This document shows positions 1 through 9,493 of a stretch of 64,000 nucleotides of DNA, one piece after another (within the stretch, counting starts at the first letter, position 1; each line of letters starts with the position of its first letter). The position numbers and the translations under genes were made by a program. The stretch is from Alphaproteobacteria bacterium (GTDB lineage Bacteria; Pseudomonadota; Alphaproteobacteria; Rickettsiales; UBA998), in the NCBI GenBank assembly GCA_004292675.1, contig RDXO01000017.1, forward strand, positions 17,099-81,098. Direction: 5' to 3'. Under the pieces are notes generated by a model. The model saw only the letters and a list, made by a program, of their open reading frames with translations, searched no databases and had not been told where the DNA came from.

Positions 1-828
1 GCTACCGAGTGCCATATAGGCAGAAGGGATGATGACAGTACGCGCCCCACCAGCGCGCATATTGAGTATGCTACGATCTAAGCCGTAGAACCATTCGGAT
101 TTTCCAACATTGAGGGTGAGGGGTTTTTTATCGCCCACCTCGCGGCTATCATAGGCTTTAGTACCATCGTGATTCCATAAAATCAGATGCACTTCGGCAG
201 TGCTGCCACATCCAACGGCAGGCCCTGCGCCTTCGACAATATCCATGGCTTGGAACGGTATATGAAGTGGGTCGCTATGTGGGGTGAGGCTGCGTAACTG
301 CACACGATAACGCATTATATCCGTATCATTGAGAGACATATCGGTGCGTTGTGACGGTGTGAAAAAATTTCCCGCAACAAGGGATATTTCACGAATGCCT
401 TGAATGTTCATGCCAGGCAGTGCTTGCACCCACGGCATATCGGCATAGGTAGCTCCAATCTGTACGGTGAGTTCTTTTTGTTGCGCGGGAACATAAGTGC
501 GCGTTTGTGTGGAGTTAGGGAAAATCTCATCCATGATGATCTGTGCCGTTTGCCCACAACGCGCTTCTTCTCCTGTTCCGGCAATATCCCCCACAATGTT
601 CATATGTTGTGGTAAGTGGTGCGTTCCGAAATCAGCACGTACCAGAGCAGAGCCATCATTGCGCGGTTGCCCAACCCCAAAAACAGACGTGCCATCATTG
701 CGCATGTTTTTTTGACGATCAGAAAAATGCAAAAACATGGCATAGCCAATAAAAAGCACCACAAGCCATTTGAGCAAAGGTGGTGTTGGATCATAGCGTT
801 CTTTCTTTTTGCGACGAAATAAATTCAT
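1..828 (-). CDS. Membrane-anchored FKBP-type peptidyl-prolyl isomerase-like protein, two FKBP-like domains (3' end runs off the window)
   Basis: Manually translated, absent from the ORF track because it has no stop: ATG at 828, MNLFRRKKK..LLKWLVVLFIGYAMFLHF (TM), then ..DIVEGAGPAVGCGSTAEVHLILWNHDGTKAYDSRE..PLTLNVGKSEWFYGLDRSILNMRAGGARTVIIPS (FKBP fold pattern). Confidence 0.75.
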   Translation of the reverse strand, partial: MNLFRRKKKERYDPTPPLLKWLVVLFIGYAMFLHFSDRQKNMRNDGTSVFGVGQPRNDGSALVRADFGTHHLPQHMNIVGDIAGTGEEARCGQTAQIIMDEIFPNSTQTRTYVPAQQKELTVQIGATYADMPWVQALPGMNIQGIREISLVAGNFFTPSQRTDMSLNDTDIMRYRVQLRSLTPHSDPLHIPFQAMDIVEGAGPAVGCGSTAEVHLILWNHDGTKAYDSREVGDKKPLTLNVGKSEWFYGLDRSILNMRAGGARTVIIPSAYMALGS

Positions 829-850
829 AAAAGCACTTTAGCATAGATGA

Positions 851-2014
851 TTATAATACGCCATGAACAAAAGATTTGTGCCATGCCTTGAGGCGTATGC
901 ACGCCTCTTCTATGTCCTTCATGTCACCACAAAAGGAAAAACGCACATAACGATGCCCTTGTTCTTGATCAAAATCTGTTCCCGCAACTGCACATACCCC
1001 TGCTTCATGCAATAATCGCTGGCATAAAGTGCGGCTATCAGCACTAAGCGCACTGCATTCGCCATAGAGATAAAACGCACCATGTGCGGCGTTGAGTTCA
1101 CGAAAACCAATCTGTTCGAGTGTTTCTTTTAATCGGCTGCGATTATGCGCATAACGCGCTACGGTGGAGCGTAGCAGATCATCATGTTCCCATATGGCTA
1201 AGGCGGCATATTGTGAAATAGCTGGCGGGGAGATGAAAAAACTTTGCACAATCGATTCATAGGAGCGCACTAAGCGTTCAGGGATAACCGCCCATCCTAA
1301 ACGCCATCCCGAAAGGAGGTAATATTTAGAAAAGCTATTGACCACAATCGCCTCATCATCATAACGTAGAATCGTATCATAGGCAGTGCCATCATAGGTG
1401 ACGTGATGGTAGATTTCATCAGAAATCACTTGAATGTTATGCGTGCGTGTATAGGCGGAAATATCACGCAATGCCTCAGGGCTGAGTACGCTTCCTGTGG
1501 GATTAGAAGGGCTGGCGATCACTAAGCCATCAAGTGGGGGTGCGGCTTTTAATAAAGCGACATCGGGTTGAAACCCTAAAGATGCGTCGGCACGCAAGCC
1601 ACAACTGACAAGCCCCATGGATTGCATCATATTGGGATAGGCAGGATAGCAGGGTAGGGCGATCCCCACACGTTGCCCAACATCGAAGCTGGCAAGTAAT
1701 GCCATCATGAACGCTGCTGATGAGCCAACCGTTACAAAGATGCGATGGGCGGGGATAGTGAGGCGATAATGATCATGATAATGTTGTGCGATGCGTTCGC
1801 GTAATTCAGGCATCCCGCGTGCATCGGTATATCCCATAGGAGCGCGACGCATGGCAGCATAGATGCTGCTAAGCGCATCATCAGGCAGTTGCGTAGCGGG
1901 TTGTCCGAGCGAGAGATGCACAATATGCTTGCCTGCCGCCTCAAGTTGGGCTGCTTCACGAAAGGCTTCCATGACTTCAAAAGGGCGGATGCTACCACGT
2001 TGTGCTATATGCAT
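851..2014 (-). CDS. PLP-dependent aminotransferase class I/II (aspartate aminotransferase family)
   Basis: SPSNPTG, SDEIYH and NSFSKYYLLSGWRLGW (PLP lysine) motifs. Confidence 0.92.
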   Translation of the reverse strand: MHIAQRGSIRPFEVMEAFREAAQLEAAGKHIVHLSLGQPATQLPDDALSSIYAAMRRAPMGYTDARGMPELRERIAQHYHDHYRLTIPAHRIFVTVGSSAAFMMALLASFDVGQRVGIALPCYPAYPNMMQSMGLVSCGLRADASLGFQPDVALLKAAPPLDGLVIASPSNPTGSVLSPEALRDISAYTRTHNIQVISDEIYHHVTYDGTAYDTILRYDDEAIVVNSFSKYYLLSGWRLGWAVIPERLVRSYESIVQSFFISPPAISQYAALAIWEHDDLLRSTVARYAHNRSRLKETLEQIGFRELNAAHGAFYLYGECSALSADSRTLCQRLLHEAGVCAVAGTDFDQEQGHRYVRFSFCGDMKDIEEACIRLKAWHKSFVHGVL

Positions 2015-2076
2015 GTTCTTTCCTTGTAGAGCGCGTAAAAATCGCGTATATTTTGATAAAATTGAAGGCGTGCATT

Positions 2077-3435
2077 ATGAGATGGTTGTGGCAAAAAAGC
2101 AAATGGTTTGTTGGTGTGGCGGGAATATGCGCGACGCTTATTTGCGCACCTGCCCATGCCTCCTTGATTCGTGATGCTGAAATGGAGGCGTATCTTCGCT
2201 CTTTGTCACAGCCCGTATTTCGCGCTGCAGGGCTTTCACCAGAACAAGTGCGTATGTTTGTGGTGAATCGTCCTTCTATCAATGCCTTTGTCGCGGGGGG
2301 GAGCAATATCTTTTTGCATACGGGCTTGATTGCGGAAGCGCGCACGCCCGAAATGTTGTTGGGAGTGATTGCGCATGAAACAGGGCATATTACGGGTGGG
2401 CATTTGATTCGCGGGAGCATCTACGCGGATCAACAATATATCCAAGCATTGATAACCTATGTGCTGGGTGCGGCTGCCGTGGCGGTCGGAGGGGCGGATG
2501 CTGGAATGGGTATTCTTTCTTCTGCGTCGCATATGTCGATGCGCAACATGCTTGCCCATACGCGTACCAATGAGCGTGCAGCGGATCAGGCTGCACTTGG
2601 TTATTTTGATGTGATGGGGCTTGATTCTGAGGGGATGTTGCGCATGTTTGAACGGTTGCGCCAAGATGAAAAGCGACATATCTCCCCCGATGCGGATCAT
2701 TATAACCGTTCACACCCTTTGTCGCAGGATCGTATTACGCATATACGTAATCATCGCGCTAACACCATGCATGTGAGTAAAAAACTCTCATCGGAGGTGA
2801 CGGAGCGTCATCAACGGGTGCGCGCCAAATTGGCAGGGTTTTTGTTGGAACATGCGGAAGTGATGCAGAATTATCCGCTAAGCGATGTGAGTGTGCCTGC
2901 CCGTATGGCGCGTGCGATTTCCTATGCCCGATCATCCTATCTTCATGAAGCGCAGCGTGAAGCACAATCCTTGGCAGAAGAACACCCCAATGATCCTTTT
3001 TTGAATGAATTATTTGGTCATGTGCTTGCTGATGCGGGGGATATGTCAAGGGCAGCGCAGGCTTATAAGCACGCTTATAACAATGCCCCCGATAATGCCC
3101 TTATTGCGAGTGATTATGCTAAAGTTTTGGTAGCAACAGGTAAATCTGCCTACGGCGAAGCGAAAAATTTGTTAACGCGTTCTGTACGCATTGATCCGAC
3201 CTACCATCAATCATGGCGATTATTAGCACAAATCTATGGAACGGAGGGGGATATAGGTATGGCGGAACTATCCCTTGCGGAGCTTGCAGCACTGAACCAT
3301 GATAAGGAAGAACTATTGCTACGCTTGGATAATGCAGAGCGTTATATTGATGCTTATAGTCCTGAGGGAGTCCGTATGGAAGATTTGCGGTTGCTTGCTA
3401 AAACGATGGAAGACCCTGAAGAACGCACGCGCTAG
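2077..3435 (+). CDS. M48 family zinc metalloprotease with TPR region (BepA/YfgC-like)
   Basis: Signal peptide from ATG 2077, INAFVAGG, HETGH zinc motif, ERAAD, SHPLSQDRI, TPR-like C-terminus. Confidence 0.88.
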   Translation: MRWLWQKSKWFVGVAGICATLICAPAHASLIRDAEMEAYLRSLSQPVFRAAGLSPEQVRMFVVNRPSINAFVAGGSNIFLHTGLIAEARTPEMLLGVIAHETGHITGGHLIRGSIYADQQYIQALITYVLGAAAVAVGGADAGMGILSSASHMSMRNMLAHTRTNERAADQAALGYFDVMGLDSEGMLRMFERLRQDEKRHISPDADHYNRSHPLSQDRITHIRNHRANTMHVSKKLSSEVTERHQRVRAKLAGFLLEHAEVMQNYPLSDVSVPARMARAISYARSSYLHEAQREAQSLAEEHPNDPFLNELFGHVLADAGDMSRAAQAYKHAYNNAPDNALIASDYAKVLVATGKSAYGEAKNLLTRSVRIDPTYHQSWRLLAQIYGTEGDIGMAELSLAELAALNHDKEELLLRLDNAERYIDAYSPEGVRMEDLRLLAKTMEDPEERTR

Positions 3436-3448
3436 AACGTGCTATGGA

Positions 3449-5410
3449 TTATCCACCAATGCTTAGTTCCGAAGATGAACCACGTTGCACGCGAGGCGTA
3501 GGGTTTGGGCTTACATGTGTGCCATTGGTTTGCTCATTGCATGTTCCGATGGAAAGTTCTTTCGTGGGTGTTGTGCCTAGCGAAAGTTCTTGGCTTGATT
3601 GCCTTGTGTTCCCACGTTCTTCAGATGGCGTATTCCGAAGGCGATCAGGATGCAGGCTTGCAGGGGGCGTTTTGTTGTAAAAGAAATCTAAGAGTTCACG
3701 CGCTGAGGGAGTATCTTTTAATCCGTTTGCCCGTGCTTCTATGCCTAATTGTTCGGCAGTGGCATACATGATTTCTTGTTTGCGTTCTTGAAAGCGTTCA
3801 ACGGCAGTTTCAACAGTGATACCATGGCGTTGTTTGAACTCTTGATTAAATGCATCCGAGCGTTGCTTTGCATCTTCCAATCGTTGTTTGGCTGCTTCCA
3901 CTTCTTCAGGATTCGGGGTGCGACGTGGTGCTTTTGGGTCATTACGATCGCGCAAAATGGGATCATTCGCTGCTCGCATCACTTCTTGACGGTGCGCTCT
4001 TGCTTCCACTAAATCCTTCCCTGTCACTTTGGTTTGTGGGTCACTATAACCCATTTCTTCAGGACTCATGGCGTGGATGGCTTTGAGCGTCGCGTGCATT
4101 TGTTTGCCTGTTTTTGACATGCTGCTATAACCGCCATCACCATTGGCTGCCAATTCGTTAAAATCTTTTCCTTGCCCTGCACCCGTGAACATATTCATCA
4201 GGAATGAGAAGAAGGATTTTAGCGCGCCGCCGATAGTATCAAAAATACTTCCAAAAAATGATTCATCTTTTCTGTTGATGCCACGATCAAGTGCGGTACG
4301 CACGGCATTGAATTCGCTATCAGAGTTGAAAAAATTGGAATCACGCATGGAGCGTAAGATATTATTGCCATTTTCATCACTGAGTGGGCGTGTTGCGGGA
4401 GGGGGAGGATTGGTTGATGTGGATGGAGTGGTGGTTGTTGGAGTGGTGGTTGTTGGAGTGGTGGTTGTTGGAGTGGTAGTTGTTGGAGTGGTAGTTGTTG
4501 GAGTGGTAGTTGTTGGAGTGGTAGTTGTTGGAGTGGTAGTTGTTGTGGATGGTGTTGTAGTTGGTTGTGGAGTCGTGGTAGTTTGTGTGCGATGACTCAC
4601 TAATTGCGTTGTTGGGGCGGTTGGCTGTGGTTGTGGCACAGCGAGTTCTGATGTTGATTGTGGTGCAGGTGCAGCGGGTACTGACTTTTGCGCAGCGGGA
4701 GCTGGCGTTGGCTGTGGTTGCGGTGCTGGTGCAGCGGGAGCTGGCTTTTGTGTAGCGGGAGCGGCGGGTGCTGGTGTTGGTTCTGGCGCAGCAGGTGCTT
4801 GCGTTGGCTTTTGTGCAACGGGAGCTGGCGTTGGTTCTGGTACTGGCGCAGCGGGTGCTTGCGCAACTTCACGTGTTTGTGGAACCATAGAGACAAGTTG
4901 TTGCTGCAGCGGTTGACGTAACATATCAATGCTGATTGTCGGTAAATTGAGAGGAGCTTTGCTATTAGCGTACTTCACAATATCATTAACAAAGCCCATA
5001 TATCTTGCTGTTAAATTATCTCCTTGCATGGTTTGCATATAATCGTTTGCAATAGCGTTGGAGAGTGCTTCTCCTGCAAGTGTTGGATTGGCGTTTGCCA
5101 CTTTATGAACTGATTCATGTAATTTCATACTCGCATGTTGAGCAAATTCCCCCTGCAATGCGACTTGCAGCGTTTGTGAAGGAGTGCCATGCCAAGGAAT
5201 GCCATAATTGCTTGCTAAGTTTGAGACATGTTGTGTTAATTCAGCACCTGGGTTAATCAATCCGAAGTTAATATTTTCTGCGCCTCGTACCTTGCTAAGA
5301 ACACCCTCAATACCCCCTTGCATACCATTTTGTTGTAACGAGTTATTGATAATACTCAATGCCGTTACGTTGATTTCTTGTGGGGTCATGGTAAGAATAT
5401 TATTCGTCAT
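3449..5410 (-). CDS. Orphan hypothetical protein with Pro/Ala- and Thr/Pro-rich mucin-like linker; candidate secreted effector
   Basis: 653-aa ORF, AGGT upstream of ATG, no recognisable domain or signal peptide. Confidence 0.8.
   Translation of the reverse strand: MTNNILTMTPQEINVTALSIINNSLQQNGMQGGIEGVLSKVRGAENINFGLINPGAELTQHVSNLASNYGIPWHGTPSQTLQVALQGEFAQHASMKLHESVHKVANANPTLAGEALSNAIANDYMQTMQGDNLTARYMGFVNDIVKYANSKAPLNLPTISIDMLRQPLQQQLVSMVPQTREVAQAPAAPVPEPTPAPVAQKPTQAPAAPEPTPAPAAPATQKPAPAAPAPQPQPTPAPAAQKSVPAAPAPQSTSELAVPQPQPTAPTTQLVSHRTQTTTTPQPTTTPSTTTTTPTTTTPTTTTPTTTTPTTTTPTTTTPTTTTPTTTTPSTSTNPPPPATRPLSDENGNNILRSMRDSNFFNSDSEFNAVRTALDRGINRKDESFFGSIFDTIGGALKSFFSFLMNMFTGAGQGKDFNELAANGDGGYSSMSKTGKQMHATLKAIHAMSPEEMGYSDPQTKVTGKDLVEARAHRQEVMRAANDPILRDRNDPKAPRRTPNPEEVEAAKQRLEDAKQRSDAFNQEFKQRHGITVETAVERFQERKQEIMYATAEQLGIEARANGLKDTPSARELLDFFYNKTPPASLHPDRLRNTPSEERGNTRQSSQELSLGTTPTKELSIGTCNEQTNGTHVSPNPTPRVQRGSSSELSIGG
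4425..4544. repeat. Coding tandem repeat, 8 x 15 bp GGAGTGGTRGTTGTT (TTTTP units on the minus strand)
   Basis: Units start at 4425, 4440, 4455, 4470, 4485, 4500, 4515, 4530; G variant in the first 3 units, A variant in the last 5. Confidence 0.97.
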
Positions 5411-5442
5411 AGCGATTACCTGATTGTGGGGGTAATGAGTGA

Positions 5443-6081
5443 TTAGGTGAGAGAAGGTGAGGTGGTACGGGTACGCTCGGTTGCAACGGTTGGGGTTGGC
5501 GGAGGAGGCGCAACTTCAACTTTTCCTTCCTTAGTTGGTTCGTGCGTTGTTGGTGATGCAGCAGGAGTCGAAGATTGCGATGCCACTGCTTGTTGTGCAA
5601 GAATCTCTTTAGTTCTTTTTTCCACGGGGGCGCGAACAAAACTCGGCATGGGGATACGATCAAGAACAAATTGTTGCATTTCTTGCGGAAGTTTTCCCAC
5701 CAATGAAGCAATACCGCCACCCACGGCATCTAATGCAGGGGACACAACATTATATGCGCGGGTAATGTGCGGTTCAATGTTTTGTTGATACCATGTCAAA
5801 AGTTTGGATCGCGCTGGTTCTGTTTTTTTATCCACGGTTTGGACGAACTCTTGCCGTATCGGGTCTACGTGCTTGGCTATATCTTGTGCGCCCGGAATTT
5901 TATTCAAGGTTTCTGTGATGTTACGCACAGGGTCCCATTGCTGCACTAAGTTTCCAACCAAATTCAATGCATTTTCAGCATTGATTGGGTTGCTATCAGG
6001 TGCAATGGTGGCAGACGCAGGATTCACCGCATCTGTTGATGTGCGTTCTTTCGTAAGTAATAATGTATCTGATCTATTCAT
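5443..6081 (-). CDS. Orphan hypothetical protein, probably co-transcribed with 3449..5410
   Basis: ORF track start 6162; ATG 6081 (MNRSD) preferred, 7 nt after TATGAT; Pro/Thr-rich C-terminus. Confidence 0.7.
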   Translation of the reverse strand: MNRSDTLLLTKERTSTDAVNPASATIAPDSNPINAENALNLVGNLVQQWDPVRNITETLNKIPGAQDIAKHVDPIRQEFVQTVDKKTEPARSKLLTWYQQNIEPHITRAYNVVSPALDAVGGGIASLVGKLPQEMQQFVLDRIPMPSFVRAPVEKRTKEILAQQAVASQSSTPAASPTTHEPTKEGKVEVAPPPPTPTVATERTRTTSPSLT

Positions 6082-6116
6082 AGATACTATCATACAACTA
6101 CTTGCATTATTATTGT

Positions 6117-6134
6117 GTGAAATTTTTATGACAT
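6117..6134 (-). promoter_or_regulatory. Pho-box-like direct repeat ATGTCAT-AAAA-ATTTCAC
   Basis: 11-bp period repeat upstream of the orphan pair starting at 6081; spacing to -10 not canonical. Confidence 0.45.
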
Positions 6135-6255
6135 TTGGTAGATAGGGGTTTTTTGTGTGCATCCTAGGGAATATGTTGAATATAGGTGTTTTTTATTTAC
6201 ATATATGAACTATATAGCAAAGTTTAGAATAAAATATATTTATTATTTACTGATG

Positions 6256-6289
6256 TTGTCATATTTTTGTCACATTTTATCTGTATATT
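6256..6289 (+). promoter_or_regulatory. Pho-box-like repeat TTGTCAT-ATTT-TTGTCAC, 10 nt spacer, -10 TATATT
   Basis: Box 6256-6273, hexamer 6284-6289, upstream of orphan ATG 6386. Confidence 0.65.
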
Positions 6290-6385
6290 CAATATATATT
6301 CAATATATGGAAGCAATCCTGTGAGAAGTATCATGGGGTATAATAACATGTAATAATACTTATACATAACTCATTGGAGAAGAAT

Positions 6386-6634
6386 ATGAGCGAAGAAAAT
6401 AATGACATAGCACAGAAACCTCGGAGAAGGGAAACGGAACGAGAACGTTGTGCTAGGATGTTGGCAAAATGTCAGGAGGAATATGCTAATAATCCATCAG
6501 TCATTAGAGGGTGTTTGAGATCGAATGGATGTGCTGGATTTGCGTCAATAGAAGGCGGAGAGGAAGTGGCAAATGCTACCCCTCCTATGTGTACGCCTGT
6601 ACCAGAAAAACAAACGGGTAGTCGTGAGAGATAA
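6386..6634 (+). CDS. Small Cys-containing orphan protein (82 aa)
   Basis: GGAG at 6376-6379 before ATG 6386; 5 Cys; C-terminus ATPPMCTPVPEKQTGSRER. Confidence 0.65.
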   Translation: MSEENNDIAQKPRRRETERERCARMLAKCQEEYANNPSVIRGCLRSNGCAGFASIEGGEEVANATPPMCTPVPEKQTGSRER

Positions 6635-6649
6635 ATAGAGTACGTTTCC

Positions 6650-6693
6650 ATAGAGCGCGTTGGACATACCCCATCTGATGCAACGCGCTCTAT
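6650..6693. repeat. 13-bp perfect inverted repeat ATAGAGCGCGTTG...CAACGCGCTCTAT (short palindromic element or terminator-like hairpin)
   Basis: Arms 6650-6662 and 6681-6693, just after the stop at 6634. Confidence 0.8.
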
Positions 6694-6752
6694 ACTCGAT
6701 ATGTGCATTTTCTGCTGTACTTCTTCTTCATAAGATTTTATAAAATGGGGAT

Positions 6753-7658
6753 ATGAAAAAAACTCCTCCCCCGAAACCCCAAGCGTTTTTGCGCGCTGCG
6801 CGTACCATTACCGAAGCATTACCCTATATGAAGTGCTTTGCAGGTGAGATTTTTGTGATTAAATATGGCGGTCATGCGATGGGTGATGCCGAATTATCAG
6901 AAACATTTGCGCAAGATATTGTCTTGTTGAAAATGGTGGGAATTAAGCCCGTGGTGGTGCATGGCGGAGGGCCGCAAATTGGCAACATGCTGGAACGCCT
7001 CAAAATCAAAAGCGAGTTTATTGAAGGGCTGCGTGTGACGGATAAGGCAGCGGTTGATATTGTGGAAATGGTGCTTGCGGGAACGATTAATAAGGAGATT
7101 GTTACCTCCATCAATCAGGCGGGGGGCGTTGCCGTAGGGATTTCTGGCAAGGATGGGCAGCTTATTCGCGCCCAAAAATTGACGCGCACCACCCGTGATC
7201 CAGAATCAAACATCGAAAAAGTGTTGGATTTAGGTTTTGTTGGTGAGCCAACTCATATTAATGCGGATATTGTCCATGAATTGACTAATTGCGGTATGAT
7301 CCCCGTTATTGCGCCCATTGGTATGGGGGATGATGGCGCAACCTACAACATTAATGCGGATACTGTCGCTGGTGCAATCGCTGCTGCACTTGGAGCGCGT
7401 AAATTGATGATGTTGACGGATGTTGCGGGTGTTTTGGATGAACAAAAAGAATTGATCAGTGAATTAAGTGCAAATGAAGCACGTGCCTTGATTAAAAGCA
7501 AAGTAATTACGGGGGGGATGATCCCCAAAATTGAAACCTGTATCCATACGGTTGAGCATACGGGCGCATCTGCCCATATTTTAGATGGTCGTATTCGGCA
7601 TGTATTGCTTCTTGAAACATTCACCAATCATGGTGCGGGTACGATGCTGGTGGCGTAA
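6753..7658 (+). CDS. argB: Acetylglutamate kinase
   Basis: VIKYGGHAM, VVVHGGGPQI, GLRVTD, YNINADT, GGMIPK motifs. Confidence 0.97.
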   Translation: MKKTPPPKPQAFLRAARTITEALPYMKCFAGEIFVIKYGGHAMGDAELSETFAQDIVLLKMVGIKPVVVHGGGPQIGNMLERLKIKSEFIEGLRVTDKAAVDIVEMVLAGTINKEIVTSINQAGGVAVGISGKDGQLIRAQKLTRTTRDPESNIEKVLDLGFVGEPTHINADIVHELTNCGMIPVIAPIGMGDDGATYNINADTVAGAIAAALGARKLMMLTDVAGVLDEQKELISELSANEARALIKSKVITGGMIPKIETCIHTVEHTGASAHILDGRIRHVLLLETFTNHGAGTMLVA

Positions 7659-7672
7659 GAACCTGCCACGAA
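7656..7672. repeat. Solo end of the palindromic element at 44747..44894
   Basis: TAAGAACCTGCCACGAA is identical to the reverse complement of 44880-44896 and includes the argB TAA stop. Confidence 0.75.
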
Positions 7673-7751
7673 GCTCTACATTTTTTTTGTTGCATTGCAC
7701 CACTATATGTGCTATGAAACACGTAGTTTCTTTGTTTTTGATTTTTTTATT

Positions 7752-7955
7752 ATGCTGAATTACCAACGGTTTCAGGCAATCAATAACCCTTCTTTGCACG
7801 CAACTGTGCGCAATGGAGTGGTGGAAATTACGTTCAATGGCAAGCCAATCGCTAAAAATTTAGCAGATGTCTTGATGAAAGGTGGGAGTACAGATGAAGG
7901 TACGCCCAAATTGAATAGTTTTGGCTTAGATACACGCTATTGGCGTGCTATCTAA
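7752..7955 (+). CDS. Small hypothetical protein
   Basis: 67-aa ORF from ATG 7752 followed by a terminator; no clear RBS. Confidence 0.4.
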   Translation: MLNYQRFQAINNPSLHATVRNGVVEITFNGKPIAKNLADVLMKGGSTDEGTPKLNSFGLDTRYWRAI

Positions 7956-7960
7956 GGGAA

Positions 7961-7999
7961 GAAAAGAGAGATGAAGCAAGTGCTTATCTCTCTTTTTTT
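7961..7999. terminator. Bidirectional intrinsic terminator
   Basis: AAAAGAGAGAT-GAAGCA/TGCTT-ATCTCTCTTTTTTT hairpin between convergent ORFs. Confidence 0.7.
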
Positions 8000-8011
8000 A
8001 TACGTAATGCG

Positions 8012-9493
8012 TTATAATCCCAATGCGGGTTTATACATGCTTGCTGCCACAAAGCGACTCATGGATACAAGATAGCGTTCTACGGCTTTGACATGGCGCA
8101 CTCGTGCTTCTGCTAAGGTTTCTTCCCGTAAGTTAAGCAAAAAGAAGTCGCTTGCGCCATCTTCAAAGCGCAACCGTTCTGCTTGCAATAGGGCTTCTGC
8201 CACCTGCATTTCTTCCGCTGTGATCTGCATCATTTGTTTGCCAATGGATAAATCATTTTCGATGGTACGCAGAGCAATCAAGATTTGCTCATTCATACGG
8301 GAGCGATCCAGTGCGATCATGCGTTTATCGGCATCTGCCATCCTGATACGCCCTTCCGCTTGGCGTGTTTGCAACGGAATGGATAGCTGTAATTTTACAC
8401 GCGATTCAGTTTGCTCATAGATGCGCTGATCATTACCCACATCTTGTGACACTTCGGTGCTGAGATCAAGTTTGGGGAGGATTTGATTTTTGGCAAGTTT
8501 ACGGTTTTGGTCAAAACGACGATCCAGCACATCAAGACGGCGGAGATCGGGGCGACGCGTGATGAGATCCTTGGCAAGATGGATAATCCCTTCATCATGG
8601 TGATATTCTTGATGCGCCCCCCATGCCATATCCGCCCAACTGAGATCAAAATCTTTGGGCAAGGATGCATCATTAGGAAGCAGTGGCGCGCCCTCAGCAT
8701 CACGATGATAGAAGGATAAATCTTGCGCACTGCTTACCCAAGAACGTTTTGCATCGCGCAGTGCGGATTTACGCTTAAGCATATTTTGCTGGTTTTCCAC
8801 AAGAAAGATTCGGGCTTTATTGCCTGCATTCACCTCTGTGGTGAGGGCATCTTGACGATTATTCGCAAGTCGCCAAATATCTTTGCGTATGCCATATTCA
8901 AGCCCACGCGATACCCATCCCCAATAGGAAGTAATTGCGGCAAGTTGCGCATTAATCTGTTCAAGCTCAAGTGCTAATTTTGATTCTTCAAGGCGGAGTT
9001 CTTCATCAATAATGGCAAAACGACGGCTATCAATATCACGATCACGTAGTAATGAGAAAATCGCACCCACCGCGATTTCTCCGCCATCTTGGGTACGGAA
9101 TTTTCCCTCATAGGAAGGGTAATCCCCACCAGAGATACCATATTGGGCATAGACGCGTGTATTAAAATCTGCAATAGGCTGATTCAGACGCAGTGCGCTG
9201 TAGCGTCCATCATAGAACCCTGTGCCACGAAGATCATGATTTCCATCAAGTGTGGGATCAAACGCTCCTTGAGCAGAAAGTACCGCAGCTTCTTGTCGGG
9301 CAATGCCTTCTTTGGCGCGCAAAATTGTCGGCAAATGCTGAGCTGATCGCTCCAGCACGTCATGGGGCATGAGAGGGTTTGCACATGCCTGCCATGCACT
9401 CACGCTGCTTAGGCTGAAGCAGAACGCCCATAGGAGAGTTTTTTTATAGGACTTATGCAGTTGTCCGCAAAATAAAAGATTATTTTTTAACAT
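8012..9493 (-). CDS. TolC family outer membrane channel
   Basis: AQGAFDP N-terminal motif, two OEP-like helical repeats; operon with HlyD and ABC genes. Confidence 0.88.
   Translation of the reverse strand: MLKNNLLFCGQLHKSYKKTLLWAFCFSLSSVSAWQACANPLMPHDVLERSAQHLPTILRAKEGIARQEAAVLSAQGAFDPTLDGNHDLRGTGFYDGRYSALRLNQPIADFNTRVYAQYGISGGDYPSYEGKFRTQDGGEIAVGAIFSLLRDRDIDSRRFAIIDEELRLEESKLALELEQINAQLAAITSYWGWVSRGLEYGIRKDIWRLANNRQDALTTEVNAGNKARIFLVENQQNMLKRKSALRDAKRSWVSSAQDLSFYHRDAEGAPLLPNDASLPKDFDLSWADMAWGAHQEYHHDEGIIHLAKDLITRRPDLRRLDVLDRRFDQNRKLAKNQILPKLDLSTEVSQDVGNDQRIYEQTESRVKLQLSIPLQTRQAEGRIRMADADKRMIALDRSRMNEQILIALRTIENDLSIGKQMMQITAEEMQVAEALLQAERLRFEDGASDFFLLNLREETLAEARVRHVKAVERYLVSMSRFVAASMYKPALGL

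Noticed and set aside
4425-4544. Possible CRISPR array (also considered for 34936-35190)
   Set aside because: Contiguous in-frame coding repeats with no unique spacers; no cas genes in the window.
4143-4595. Plus-strand ORF with (GVVVV)n repeats and many other short overlapping ORFs in the track
   Set aside because: Antisense or alternate-frame shadows of longer, well-supported genes; no RBS or family motifs.
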